Assembly (NCBI RefSeq): GCF_021869535.1
Contig: NW_026262723.1
Location: forward strand, 100,998,001-101,062,000
Origin: Mytilus californianus
Taxonomy: Eukaryota
Length of the DNA: 64,000 nucleotides
Direction of reading: 5' to 3'
The notes beneath the pieces are model-generated. The model ran no database searches. It saw nothing but the letters and a program-made list of their open reading frames with translations, and was not told the origin of the DNA. Each line of letters begins with the position of its first letter. Position 1 is the stretch's first letter. Shown here piece by piece: positions 26,401 to 38,990 of the stretch. Both the position numbers and the translations under genes were made by a program.

Positions 26401-28116
26401 ACGCCGTAGTGGACCATCAAATGCCATTGCTGTTATTTCTACCGGTACTACGATGCCCTTCTGCTCACGAACATGTGCATTGGCAGCATGTATAATTTTT
26501 TCTCCAGTATACAGATCCCAAACACTGATCACGGAATCCTGACAAGCACTAACTACGAATTTGAAGAGTTTGTTATATAGAACACAAACCACTGGTTTGG
26601 TATGGGACTCGATTTCTGCAACCCTTTCATCCTCGTTAGATTTCTGAAGCACGGCAAGTTGATTTGTAGCTAGGATTAATGTTTGTAAGACTGGGTTTAA
26701 GTAAACCGCTGACAATGGAGTTTTTCCAAGTTTGACTACTCTACCACTAACATGCTGAAGACATGATTGGTCTTTCATATCGAATACTCGTATAGTACGT
26801 TTTTTGTCAATACCAATGATCTGGCCTTTTCGGGAATTAATGACAACTTGATTAATTGGCTTCGTGTATCCTTTCAACACATACATAGACTTTGCATTAA
26901 CTTGTGGATTCCATGCTCGGATACAGTAATCCATGCCACCAGTAACAATGATGTTATTTCCTGGACAGTAATCAAAACAAAGGACTCCCTTATTGATCTT
27001 AAAGGTTGAGTTCGTCTTTTTCTTTACGAATTCGTACAAGCAAAGTGAGTTTTCGGAAGCTTGACTGCAAGACAAGAAGGAGGTCAATTCTGGAATATAC
27101 CTTAATCGCAACACCCAATCAGTATGTACTCGGTTGAATCTATATCCTCTAGCACCTTTGTAGAAACCTCTTATAACTTCAGGCAAGCTAATTCTTTTAA
27201 ATCCACCTTTTTTCACACCAAAGGAACCAAACAGGCCTCCACGAAGGCATTGCTTGAATACAATTACACAAACGCTTCCCGACGTGTCTCCCCAAAGGAG
27301 TTTTGATTCGTTCATATCATTTAAGTCTACCCAGTAATGCATGCACGTTATACAGTCATCCAGTCCTATCAGATGATATTTTTTCCTAAAATTGTTTCCT
27401 TTTAGATCAAAAACAGTAATGTCACGGTCTGTTGACGAAATTGCTACCATTCCTACATTGTAAATGCACGCCAAATCGATCAACCATGGCTGTGTTGCTC
27501 TCTCTCCAATCTCCGATATTGTATTATAGCTTGTGACAAACTTCATATGCACGTTCCAAATTGACAAAAGTCCCTCCTTGCTGATCGTAACATACCTACC
27601 ATTTGTATGGTCTATATAACAGCGACCGTCTCGTCTCCGCACGTTCGGGTAAAATAGAATCGAAACAATTACCTCTCGGTGACGACTCGGAATTTCTTTG
27701 AGTTCGTGGGGAAAAGGTATTTCTTTCATCATTTCTTTCATCAGTAACTTCCCTTGATATTCTAATAGATTATATGTTACATATTCCTCCCAATCAACCA
27801 CTCCGTCACAATTAGCATCTACCTTCATGAAGAGAAGCTCAATTTCATCATCCGTCATTTTGTTACCGAGAGTGTCCCTCATTGCTCTTTTAAACTCTTT
27901 TATGTTTAAACCATCTTCTGCATTACCAAATATTGATTGCAGTTCCGCATACCGAACTTCTGCTGCAATTTTATCGGGATCAAATTCTTTGCTTTTCTTT
28001 ACTCCTGATTTCCGTCTACTTTTACTAACGTTCTCAGTATCAAGAGCTGAGAATGATTTGGTGGATTTAGTGAATTTAACATGGTTCTTAATTGGCGGCA
28101 AATTTACCGACGACAT
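23478..28116 (-). CDS. EF-hand and WD40-repeat protein (WDR49/CFAP337/WDY-like), 2 coding exons, ~1265 aa
   Basis: Exon 1 is 28116-24664 and ends at a consensus donor TCG|GTGAGT. Intron 24663-23823 ends TTTAATAG|. Exon 2 is 23822-23478 (IAVYRCLPFSELNVDNDPEQ...KILKD*), phase 0. There is an N-terminal EF-hand (LFMKVDANCDGVVDWEEY) and many WD repeats (..GH/H...V..; TGAYDGDVVVWS; TASSDCAIRLW). The exact ortholog within the WDR49/WDR64/EFCAB8 family is not resolved. Confidence 0.88.
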
Positions 28117-28214
28117 TGTGAATGAACAGTGTATTATTAGTCATCAAAGTCTCAAAGTGTTGATGTCTATCATATAATTGCGGTCGGTGACTTCACGTAA
28201 CCTCCATTATATCT

Positions 28215-28228
28215 GTTGCTAAGGAAAT
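28215..28228. promoter_or_regulatory. Possible RFX X-box upstream of the WD40 gene
   Basis: GTTGCTAAGGAAAT ~100 bp upstream of the ATG. It has a good GTTGCT half-site and two mismatches to the palindromic consensus. Confidence 0.3.
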
Positions 28229-28341
28229 AAATCTGACGTTAAGACAATTACGCTAGAACGTTGCTCTACAGAGTTCTGAGATTGCATCGCAGATTTTAAA
28301 GTTTGTATCTACATTTGAGGCATATGCCGTCGTAATATATA

Positions 28342-29020
28342 AAAATTCGTCAGGGTTCCGGAACCCAGTGTCTCGCCTACTTTTGCTGTTAATCGCAGGC
28401 TCAACAAAAATGAGGAAAAAAATTAATAAAAATATTCCTCTCAATACTATCTTTTGATTGTAAGTAGCTTCTGTCCAAGTTTGGTAAAAATCCAGGATGG
28501 TTTTTGAATCTAATAAATGTTTTTAAAACTTTAACTGCAGACTGTATGTAAAGTTAACTGGAAGAAAAACTAGGTCCATTTATAAGTAAAATACGGAAAA
28601 AATGGAACAAAATTTTATCAAAATTTACTTCTGGATACTATCTTATGATCATAAACAAGCTTCTTTCCAAGTTTGGTAGAAATCCAGGATAGTTTAAGAA
28701 AGTTATTAAAATTTCAAAAACTTTAACCACAGAGTGAATGTAATGTTTCCTGGCAGAAAAACTAAGTCCATTTATAAGTAAAATACGGAAAAAATGGATT
28801 TTTATTTTTTACAAAATTTACTTTTAAATATAATCTTATGATCATAAACAAGCTTCTGTCCAAGTTTGGTAGAAATCCAGGATAGTTTAAGAAAGTTATT
28901 AAAATTTCAAAAACTTTAACCACAGAGTGAATATTTGTGGACGCCGCCGACGACGACGCCGACAGAATGTAGGATCGCTATGTCTCGCTTTTTCGACAAA
29001 AGTCGAAGGCTCGACAAAAA
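28342..29020 (-). mobile_element. Family B element, inverted relative to 18206-19190
   Basis: Reverse-complement homology along its whole length, including GGGTTCCGGAACCC and the CGACGACGACGCCG tract. Confidence 0.75.
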
Positions 29021-30216
29021 CATGCAAGATTCAAATCTGGATTAATAATTACGGTGTGTTTCTGGAGTAACACTTTTTCATATGAGACAAAAGAATTATT
29101 TGTTTACTCTGTTTATAATGCTGATAAAATTGGGATTGTTTTAGACTGCATGGGGAATTTAAAACGTTCATATTTATTTTGAAAAGTATATTTATCAATA
29201 CATGTTGCATCGATTAAAAAAAAACCTTTTATCCTCTATTGCAATTTTAAAAAACTATAGGCTCTTGTATCGCTCACTTGTCTCATTTGCATTAAATTCA
29301 TACAATGCAATGAGAGCATTTTCAATAGTTTCCAGAAAAAACGCAAAAAAAGGTTACATCCTTTAAGGGATACAACTCCTTTTTAGGAGTTGACTAATGG
29401 CTTCAGAATTGTTTACTTATTTATAGTCTCTCTCCATCTACTTTAGTTGACGCAAAAAAAAAAACACCAAATGAAGACAATAACTCCTATAAGGAGTGAA
29501 CAAAACATTTTTGCCATGTTGACTGATTTAGAGATCTTGTCCTGCTGATCATTTATGTTTCTTAGTTTCCGTCTACATCCACTATAGTTTAAGCAAAAAC
29601 ATAACAATGATTGTCATTCAGGGACACTTACTCATACAATAAGTCAATTAATATTGAAAAAGCTCACATTGACACTTTGGGTCATAAGAGCTAAACAGGC
29701 AATTCTGTTCGTTTTCATAGCCTGAGTTCACAACAATCATAAACTTGATACATTTTCCCTAAATCAACCGATAATTGACCAATGACAATAGAAACATTAA
29801 AATCATCACGTTCGTATGAAAATCATTCTTTTTTTTTTAACTTGTCGATCATTAACAATCTGAATGAGAAACATGTTTTGTTCTGTAGTTTTCTTATTGC
29901 AAATCCTCTAGGATAAACGAGATGTAAGTATTCACTGAAACTAGATGATTTAAACATCGCTTTATTTTTTTCAGGAATTTTTGAAATCATAAAAATTCAG
30001 GGCCATGCAGAATAAAGAGTTTGCAAACTGATGGAACTAAAATGAGAATCATTAGCAATCATAACACATCTTCTTATTTTATATCATAAATATATCGTTG
30101 ATCAACCAAAGTTTGGTAACAATGTATCCGTCAAATGTATATATATACACGTCTAAACATGTGACAACTTTATGACAGACATTCTCCATCGGATAATACG
30201 TGGTTATACAGGGCTA

Positions 30217-30727
30217 ACTATGGCATGGTATTGGTTGCAAAAATTTGATATTTTTCATTTTAATGCAATATTTCTTATTTAATTGGTATATTTCTTCATT
30301 TAAATGCAATATTTTTTTATTTGAATGGTATATTTTTTCATTTAAATGCAATATTTTTTATTCAAATGGTATAATTTTTCATTTAAATGGTATAATTTTT
30401 CATTCAAATGGTATAATTTTTCATGCAAATGGTATAATTTTCATTCAAATGCAATAGTTTTTATTCAATTGGTATAAAATGTCATTTGAATGCAATATTT
30501 TTTATTCAATTGGTATAGTAGTTTTTTATTTATATGCAATAATTGCATTATGGGAAATTCTTTGACGTCATAAGGTCAAATTTGCAACAACGTTTGTGAT
30601 TGGTCAGATATTGTTTGGATTTCTCCCCTTTCTTTCTAAACATGGGTGACCAAGAATTAAAAAACGCGTCAGAATATCGCCCCTCTAACTAAATCTAACG
30701 TTCGTGCGAGTCCTGCACTGGCTCTTA
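30217..30727 (+). mobile_element. Non-autonomous element with internal ~21-bp subrepeats
   Basis: Many TTTTATTCAAATGGTATA/TTTAAATGCAATA subrepeats; an inverted copy lies at 34672-35165. Confidence 0.65.
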
Positions 30728-30879
30728 AAATCTTGTGGTCATAACTAGTATTTCTATTGCAAAATTTCGATGGTCAAAACGTTCGGTCCACTTTTCAAAA
30801 ACCGTTTCATTGTATATGGATTTATATGCAAGTATATCGGTTTTTTTAAATAGATTAGACACCGTTGGTTTTCCCGTTT

Positions 30880-32069
30880 GAATGGTTTTACACTACTAAT
30901 TTTTGGGGGTCCTTTATAGCTTGCTGTTCGGTGAGAGCCAAGGCTCCGTGTCGAAGACCGTACGTTGACCTTTAATGGTTTACATTTTCAAATTATGACT
31001 TGGATGAGAGTTGTCTCATCGGCACTCATACCACATCTTCTTATATCTATATACAACGTAAACCAGACGTTTCTCAGACTGTTTTCTTTTTTTAATAAAT
31101 CCTTTGCCGCGCGTTGTGTACTGATTGATAACTCAGTCTGGGAGAACAAGATTTATTTCAGTACAAGTTATAATTAGGTTTGAGCAAACTTCCAGTAATT
31201 GCAAATACTCTTATGTCGGTGCTTTGTGTCTATTGTCTTAATGTTAGTTTTTGTGTGTGTCTCGTACCGATCTTTTGAGTTAATTTGCTGATTTGTGCAG
31301 GTTGTTATTTTATTGTACTGTTACACCACTGTCCCAGCTTCGGGATGGGTTGCTCACAAACATGTTGTTGTACTGTTACACCGCTGTCCCAGATTAGGGG
31401 GAGGATTGGGATCCCGCTAACATGTTTAACCCCGCCACATTCTGTATGTATGTGCTTGTCCCAAGTCAGGAGCCTGTAATTCAGTGGTTGCCGTTTGTTG
31501 CTTTGTTATACATATTTGTGTTTCGTTCATTTTTTTGTACATTAATTCGGTCGTTAGTTTTCTCGGTTGAATTGTTTTACATTTTTGATTTCGGGGTCTT
31601 TTACAGCTGACTATGCGGTGTAGGCTTTGCTTATTGTCGAAGGCCGTACGGTGACTTATAGCTGTTGATTTCTGTGTCATTTGATCTCTTGTGGAGAGTT
31701 GTCTAATTTGCAATCATACCACATCTTCGTTTTTATATCCACCTTGCCATATTCTTTATTTGCCTGTCCCAGGGATGGAGCCTGTAGTTAAGTGGCTGTC
31801 GTTGGTTCCTGTCTCGACTCATATTTGATATTTTGTAAATTGTTTTGTTATGTATAATTAGGCTGTTAGTTTTTTCGTTTGAATTGTTCACACTTTTCAT
31901 GTCGGGCCTTTTATAGACGACTTTACAGTATAAGGTTTTTGTCATTGTTGAAGGCCTTACGATTGTCTACAAAAAGCATTTGTCTACATGACGGCAAAAA
32001 GCTCTAAAGAGCTTATGTTTGTAGTATTTCATGTAACCCGACTTAAAATAAATTTTTCTTACCTTATCT

Positions 32070-32100
<31 letters not shown>

Positions 32101-32170
32101 TAATTGCTTACATCCACTTCATATTTGAACTCCGGTGGATAGTTGCCTTATTAGCAATCATATTCCATCT
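30880..32170. repeat. Cluster of abundant dispersed repeats (tail GTTGTCTCATTGGCAATCATACCACATCTTC-type) and a (TCTTA)n microsatellite
   Basis: The same tail recurs at ~10960, 36560-36760, 40060-40500 and 49790-50030. (TCTTA)n lies at ~32064-32100. Confidence 0.6.
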
Positions 32171-34671
32171 CTTCATTTTTATATTATATACGTGACTTCT
32201 AAACTCGTGTTTTCCTGAACAAGCATGAAATAATTTTCACTAGGCGTTAAAATTAGCAACAAACAATCAATCAATTTAAACTTGTGTTAAATAAGAGGAA
32301 AACCATTTGATATTTATTTATTTGTTGGGGTTGGGGGACAGAAGGATTTCATATATGAATATGGTTGCCTGGTAAGAGCTGAAAAATAGGCATGATTAGC
32401 GACAGATTGAAATGAATAATAATGCCCTCTCTTCCCTTCCCCATCCTTCATCTATGAACTTAAACTGACCACCACGGAATAGCCCAATAGTGTTGAAAGT
32501 AGCGTTAAACACCAATCAATCAAAATCCCTTCCCTAGAATATCAAATAATCGTCCCTTAACTGTTATTGTCCGTGTAGTTCTTATATTTATCTTATATTT
32601 ATCCAGCTTATCGTCCTACAGGGATGTCCTACTAAGGTTGTCATACCATAAAAACGTTTATAAAACAGCTCACATTCAATATATCTGCATTCATAAATTT
32701 ATTAATTTCATTTAGACTAAACGACGCCATGTTTGTTATGTGCCTCTGCCGTCAACCTATCAAAAAAGAAGAGGTGGAAGAGAGCCAGAAGATCTTCCCA
32801 ATGCAAAAAAAAAACAGAAATGGACTTCTTCTGGCTCACTTCCGAAGAACAAAAAAAAAAACGCGCCCCATTGATATGTTTTAAAAACGCCTTGCCCCTA
32901 CCCTTTTTTTCCAAAAAAATGTCATTATTAAATATATTAACATATATATATAATCATCAAAATTAAAATGCTATTGTATTTTTATAAGACCTACTTTATT
33001 ACATGACCTGGGACTAATGACATCTATCTATAAGTCCTAGCATACATTAATTATTATAATATGAATACTTTTCTTGTTTTAATAACCACATATGATGCTA
33101 TGCATGAGTCACCATTTATCAGGACATGAATTGGGTTTACATAGAGAGGACAAGGGACGACATCAGAAAATCAATGAAGGATAAAAAACTTAATTGAAAT
33201 AGTTTTGGGGAGGGGGGTCAAAATTGCTGCAAGTTTTGTTTAATTAACATCGATTTTATATATATCCTTATAGGTCAATCAATTTTTCCCAAGTTAAGTT
33301 AAGAAAGGTGGGGGGTAGTGGGTCAGTGAAAAAAACTATATGAATTAAGTTTTTTTTTATCCTCCATTGAATTTTTGATGTCGTCCCTAATGTGCCAAAA
33401 AAATAGATAAGGGGCGGGACCAAACCTATAGATAACATAATAAAGAAATGATGAAATATACAGAATACGTTGATTGACTTTTGGTTGCCTTATGTCCAGT
33501 GGCAAATATGTCACGCATGTTTAGGACAAATATAATAGAGATCAAAGGATAAAGAATAGAGTGAAATGGTAAAAACTAAAAAATATAGAATTATAGAAAC
33601 GATCTTTGATCTGAATCCCCTACCCTCACACACACACCATAACAATTACTGCCAATACTCGCATATATACATCTCTATAAAAATATCTAAATTTGAACCT
33701 ACTCACCCCCCTCCCCCTCTAGACACCGAGGTTTTGGATCCGCCCCTGTTAAATGTGTCTAATTATATACATTTTGTACGGGTCTAGATAATAGCTAAAC
33801 GTACAATCATATAATTTGTTGGATACCTAATATATAATATAATGTGTCACAAAATAAACTTGTATACCCCCCTTCCCAATGCAGTATTGAAAAGTAAATC
33901 ATTTAAAAGTCCTGAAAATAAAATATGTTTTGAAATATGCCCTGCATACTTATTTATGCAAAGACATATAGTAATTATTGAACTACTGTGGGGCTTGAAA
34001 AAAAATCTATTTAAGGGATTCGGAGACGAGAACAGTAAAAAAAAGCTCAGCAACGAATCTTAAATGTAAAATGATTTGCAGCATAAGTCATGAGAGCACA
34101 TATTATAGATAGTATTAAATATGAAGTTCACGCTTCATATAGTGAAGTCCTATGTCATAGGACTATTTTTGAAACATGGGTTAGTAACTGGTTCCAATTT
34201 ATCCTGAATTGTCTTAATTAAAGAATTAGTTCCGGAGTATTACAGCTTATGTCTCTACTTGTGGGTTTCTGGTTCTGCTGTCGTAATTAGGTGATTTTTT
34301 TCTACATGTAGTAAAAAAGAGGGGGCTTAGTCCAAATAATTGTAACGTCCTGGATACTTTTTATTCTTTTTTCATGTGTGCCTTCCTGGAACGTCTCTGA
34401 GGATCAAGAAAAGTAAAAAATATAGCACTAAAGAACGTCATGATTACATGTATCTGGACTTAGAAGGGGGAGGGGGGCTAGCTACTAGTATGTATTTTTT
34501 TTTATTTCAATGTGTAGACTGTAGGAGAGTTTCTTCAGAAAAGGTTTTCATTGGAGGTGTTTTTGCCTATGCACGCAGGCATCTGTTTCTATCCATGAAC
34601 AAGTTGTGTGTCAAATTAATTATTATTACTTGTCACTCGCATTTTTTGCTCGTCCTGGCCATTATTGGCAT

Positions 34672-35165
34672 TAACAGCCAGTGCACGAACTCGCACGAAC
34701 GCCAAAATTAGTTAGAGGGGCGATATTCTGACGCGTTTTTCAATTCTTGGTCACTCAAGTTTAGAAAGAAAGGGGAGAAATCCAAACAATTACCGACCAA
34801 TCGCAAACGTTGTTGCAAATTTGACCTTATGACGTCAAAGAATTTCCCATAATGCAATTATTGCATATAAATAAAAAAAACTACTATACCAATTGAATAA
34901 AAAATATTGCATTCAAATGACATTTTATACCAATTGAATAAAAAATATTGCATTTGAACGAAAATTATACCATTTGAATGAAAAATTATACCATTTGAAT
35001 AAAAAATTATACCATCTGAATAAAAAATATTGCATTTAAATGAAGAAATATACCATTCAAATAAAAAAATATTGCATTTGAATGAAGAAATATACCAATT
35101 AAATAAGAAATATTGCATTTAAATGAAAAATATCAAATTTTTGCAACCAATACCATGCCATAGCT
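34672..35165 (-). mobile_element. Inverted copy of the 30217-30727 element
   Basis: Reverse-complement homology; the ORFs at 30245 (+) and 34858 (-) have near-identical spurious translations. Confidence 0.7.
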
Positions 35166-35214
35166 AACACCATAATACATACTTAACTCGTCTAAAATTT
35201 AGCCCAAGTTGGGA

Positions 35215-35340
35215 ACAATGTTAGATCTTCAAATTTGCGGCAGCAAATTTTTTTTTCTTCCCTCTGCGGGATTCGAACCCTTGCTTCTGTTACATAAACG
35301 CCTGCACCGTGTCCATCGTCCTAGACCACCTAGGTTACAT
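35215..35340 (-). mobile_element. tRNA-derived SINE head
   Basis: The minus strand carries an A-box-like TGGTCTAGGA and a B-box GGGTTCGAATCCC followed by an A-rich run, with no complete cloverleaf. Confidence 0.55.
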
Positions 35341-35605
35341 AAAAATATAGCTTTCGAGGTGGTCGATGTAATACATTTCATCGTCGGCTTTATCTAGGGT
35401 TGTAACACAGACAGTATATGATGTATAGTGGCAAGTAGATGGTGTACCTTTCAGATCAGCTATTTTGTCTGTCGTAAAGGATGATAATGTTAATTACCAT
35501 GCAGCCACATCAAATTTTAATTTTATTATACACGTCTAAACATGTGACAACTTATGACAGACATTCTCCATCGGATAACACATGGTTATACAGGGCTAAC
35601 ACTAT

Positions 35606-35747
35606 TTAAATAACACATAGCTGAGAGGGTGATAGAGCAGATTGTTACCCCGAGAAAACATTGTCAACCGAGGCGAAGCCAAGGTTGACAATATTTTTCA
35701 AGGGGTACCAATCTGCTCTATCACCCTCTCAGCTATGTGTTATTTAA
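35606..35747. mobile_element. Foldback (almost fully palindromic) MITE with TTAA ends
   Basis: The arms TTAAATAACACATAGCTGAGAGGGTGATAGAGCAGATTG... pair almost perfectly around the loop CGAGGCGAAGCCAAG. Confidence 0.8.
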
Positions 35748-37828
35748 TTTATTATACTGAATGTTCTATTAAATTTTAAATAAGGGGGGTGGACAGGGGG
35801 TAACCTTCTCCCACTTAAGATAAGCAAGATATATTTTTTTATTTTGACAGTTTATGAAAAAGTTCTTAGGCCAAAACGTAGAACTTGGGCATTGTCTTAA
35901 ATTTGTTGATGTATATTCAATTCATTGTCTTTTAAATTATCGATTTTTGATTTGTCTGCACGAGAGGGTGACATTCAAAAAATTGTCTCCCGCTGAGCCA
36001 TGGGATAGAGTAAATTATCTCCCTCGTATTAGCCAATCGAAATCTGGTATTTTAGCGTGAATTATAATAACAATATATATACAACTCTCTCAAATTTATC
36101 CCAACAATGTTGGATCTTCAAATTTGCGTTTCAGGAAACAGTGGCAGACATATGTTGGAAATGGTTATTTACCATTAATTTTAAAAGAAGAATTATAAAA
36201 TGTATCATTTAACCAAAGTGTGAAATCAAATTCTTCATAAAGATTTTGGATCGTTCAATTTTCTGTTTTAGTATGGTAGGCTTTATTTGAAGTCGGGCAG
36301 TGTTATCAATCGATATACTAGTAGCTGTAAAGGTAGTTATGAATGTATCACACAATCAAGTTGGGTAGCAAGCAATTAGTCCTTCAAATGATCAATTTTC
36401 TGTCTTATTTTCTATTTTTACGGACGTATCAACTCATTATTTTTTATTGAACAGGAAATCATTTATAAAATTATATTAATTGTATACGTGTTCTAACCAA
36501 TCAAAGAAATGAGCAGTTCCTTTTTATCTTTCACCTTAATACTTTGCATATAAAAATAAGGAGATGTGGTATGATTGCCAATGAAACAACTATCCACCAA
36601 AGTTCAAATGAAGTGGATGTAAGCAATTACAGACAACCTTACGGCCTTGAACAATGAGAAAACCCCATACCGTATAGTCGGCTATAAAAGGCTCCGACAT
36701 GAAAAATATGAAACAATTCAATTGAGACAACTAACGGCTTAATTTATAAGAAAACAATTATTCATTTCACTTTGTCACTAGGAATACACCTAATACTTAT
36801 CAACGCACTCCAGCTCCCTCCACCAATAAAAACTTGCAACCACGATATAGTCAATAGTGTTAAGCGTGGCGTTAAACCCCAACAATCAATTAATCATATT
36901 CATTTCACTTCATAGAACACATTAAAGTTAATCACGCATTCAAGGGTGAAATAACGGTTATAATGTGCAAATGAACGCGAGGACTGTTACGATGAAATAT
37001 TGATATGAACTATCATAATTTAAGGAGAAATGAACATGGACATGAAATTTAGGTCGTAGTGACAAAGTTGTTATTGAATAACAGACCAAAACACAAAAAA
37101 AAACAATATTGACCAATGAACGATGAAAATGAGGTCAAGATCAGATGAACCATGCCATACGGCTGCTAACGGTTAAAGCAATGTATCGTTCTGACGAGTA
37201 AAACCCTTTTCATTTTTTTTATATGCATGCTTTTATACCACTGTCTCAGGTTTTTTGGACTCGCAAGACACAAGTAGAGGTGATGGCCGAAATATTTGCC
37301 ACTGGAAATCAACAGCCAGGGACACGAGATTCTGTTTCCCCAAATCCAACCTTATCCTTTTTATTTAAATCATCTTTTTAATGAGTCCGACTATACGTCA
37401 CATAATCAACATGGATTTATGCAAAAATAGATATTTCCGCTCAATCGTGTATTCTGAAAACAGGATCAAAAGTGTCCAAGGTTAAAAGGGGGGGGGGGGG
37501 GGGGGAGTTAGTTGGTTAACTGCTACATTTTTTATAGGCTCAACTTTTTGCTACTTTGTTTTACAAATCGGGCACTGGTTTTTTCTCAATTGGTCTTCTA
37601 GGGGCTTATTATAGTTTACTATACAATATGGATTTTGCTATTTGTTGAAGGCCACACAGCTGCTCATAATTATTCAGTGGTCTCATTGGCATTCCAAATA
37701 CATTTTGAAAATGGAAACAAAGCCCTATATTTGTTTGATCCCACCAGCGTGCAAATGAAGCAGTATTGTAGCGTTTCAAAGGGGAACAATCCCAAGTCAA
37801 CTAAATCAAACGACTGGAGGATGAAAAT

Positions 37829-37971
37829 CAGAGGCGGATTTAGGGGGGTGGGTGGGCTAGGAGGCCCGCCCCCACCCCCTTTCTGGGAAAAATTTGGTTG
37901 ATTATATAGGGAATCACTGAAGCATGACCGGAGCGGGCCCCCACTTATGAAAATTTCTGGATCCGCCACTG
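37829..37971. mobile_element. GC-rich MITE with CAG(A/T)GGCGGAT termini (hAT-like)
   Basis: CAGAGGCGGATTT ... GGATCCGCCACTG; no clean TSD identified. Confidence 0.55.
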
Positions 37972-38229
37972 AAAATGAAATCTTGTCAAACGATATCAAC
38001 TTCTTCTAGTTAAGTGTAGGACTCATTTTGAGTATATTCACACTGACGTATACGTGCCATAGCAGTACAGCTCCCCTCTATATATAGTTAAAATCCAATA
38101 ATTACAAGTTAGATGGTGGAGGTTGCCAGTGCGTGTTTAAACCCATCGAGATTGGCAAACTGGCTGTGGCAGATAGTTCCAAATTCTGATGGCACTCGGG
38201 AAGAAGGAATGTTGGTATACTAGGGTTCG

Positions 38230-38990
38230 ACAGTGTGGTTTTGGAGGTATCTGATGTTATGTCCTCAAGTGGGAACACTTGTTGGTATGAGGTATGGTTC
38301 TGCTGTTGGAATGTCTACGAGGTGGTTGACTTTTTTGTATAGCAAGATGGTTTTTACTTTGGATCTTCTAGATTGTAGGGTTTCCCCATCCAAGATTGGT
38401 GAGCATGGTACTAACACTGCTTGTTGTTGATAGTCATTGGAAACGAATCTGGCCCCTCTACGTTGTATCATTTTAAGTTGGTTGATGTTCCGTTTTATGT
38501 GGGGTCCCATGCACTTGTGGCGTACTCTTACAGTTGATCTGACGATGGTGTTAAATGCTCGTTCTTTAGCTTTTGGTGGGTAGTGTCCGATGTTTCTTCT
38601 TAGGAAAGCCAGGGTGTTGTTTGCCTTCTTAGTAGCAGCATCAGTGTGAGTGTTCCAAGATAAGTTTTTCGAGATGTTAAGGCCTAAATATTTATGCTGA
38701 GTCAATATGAAGATGGGTATGACCATGGATGAGAGTCTTAATTGATTGGGTTCCGCTTCTTAGTGACAGAGATAACTTCGCATTTGTCTGGGATAAACTG
38801 CATCTGCCATTTTTGCTCCCAATCAATGAGGCAGTCACGTCTTTTTATAGAAGTGATGCATCGTCAGTAGATCTAATCCTGCGGTACATGAGGTAGTCAT
38901 CTGCGAAGAGTATTATTTGTGATTTTGCACAATTAGGCATGTTGTTGATGTAGGCGAGAAAAAGAAGAGGCCCAATGCTATATCGTATAT
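38230..38990 (-). mobile_element. Degenerate non-LTR retrotransposon (CR1/L2-type) RT C-terminal fragment
   Basis: GPLLFLAYINNMP..., LFADDYLMYRRI, KYLGLNISKNLSWNTH...KKANNTLAFLRRN, with frameshifts. Confidence 0.85.

Noticed and set aside
35215-35340. Functional tRNA gene
   Set aside because: Only A/B-box remnants are present, with no acceptor stem or anticodon arm; it is better explained as a SINE head.
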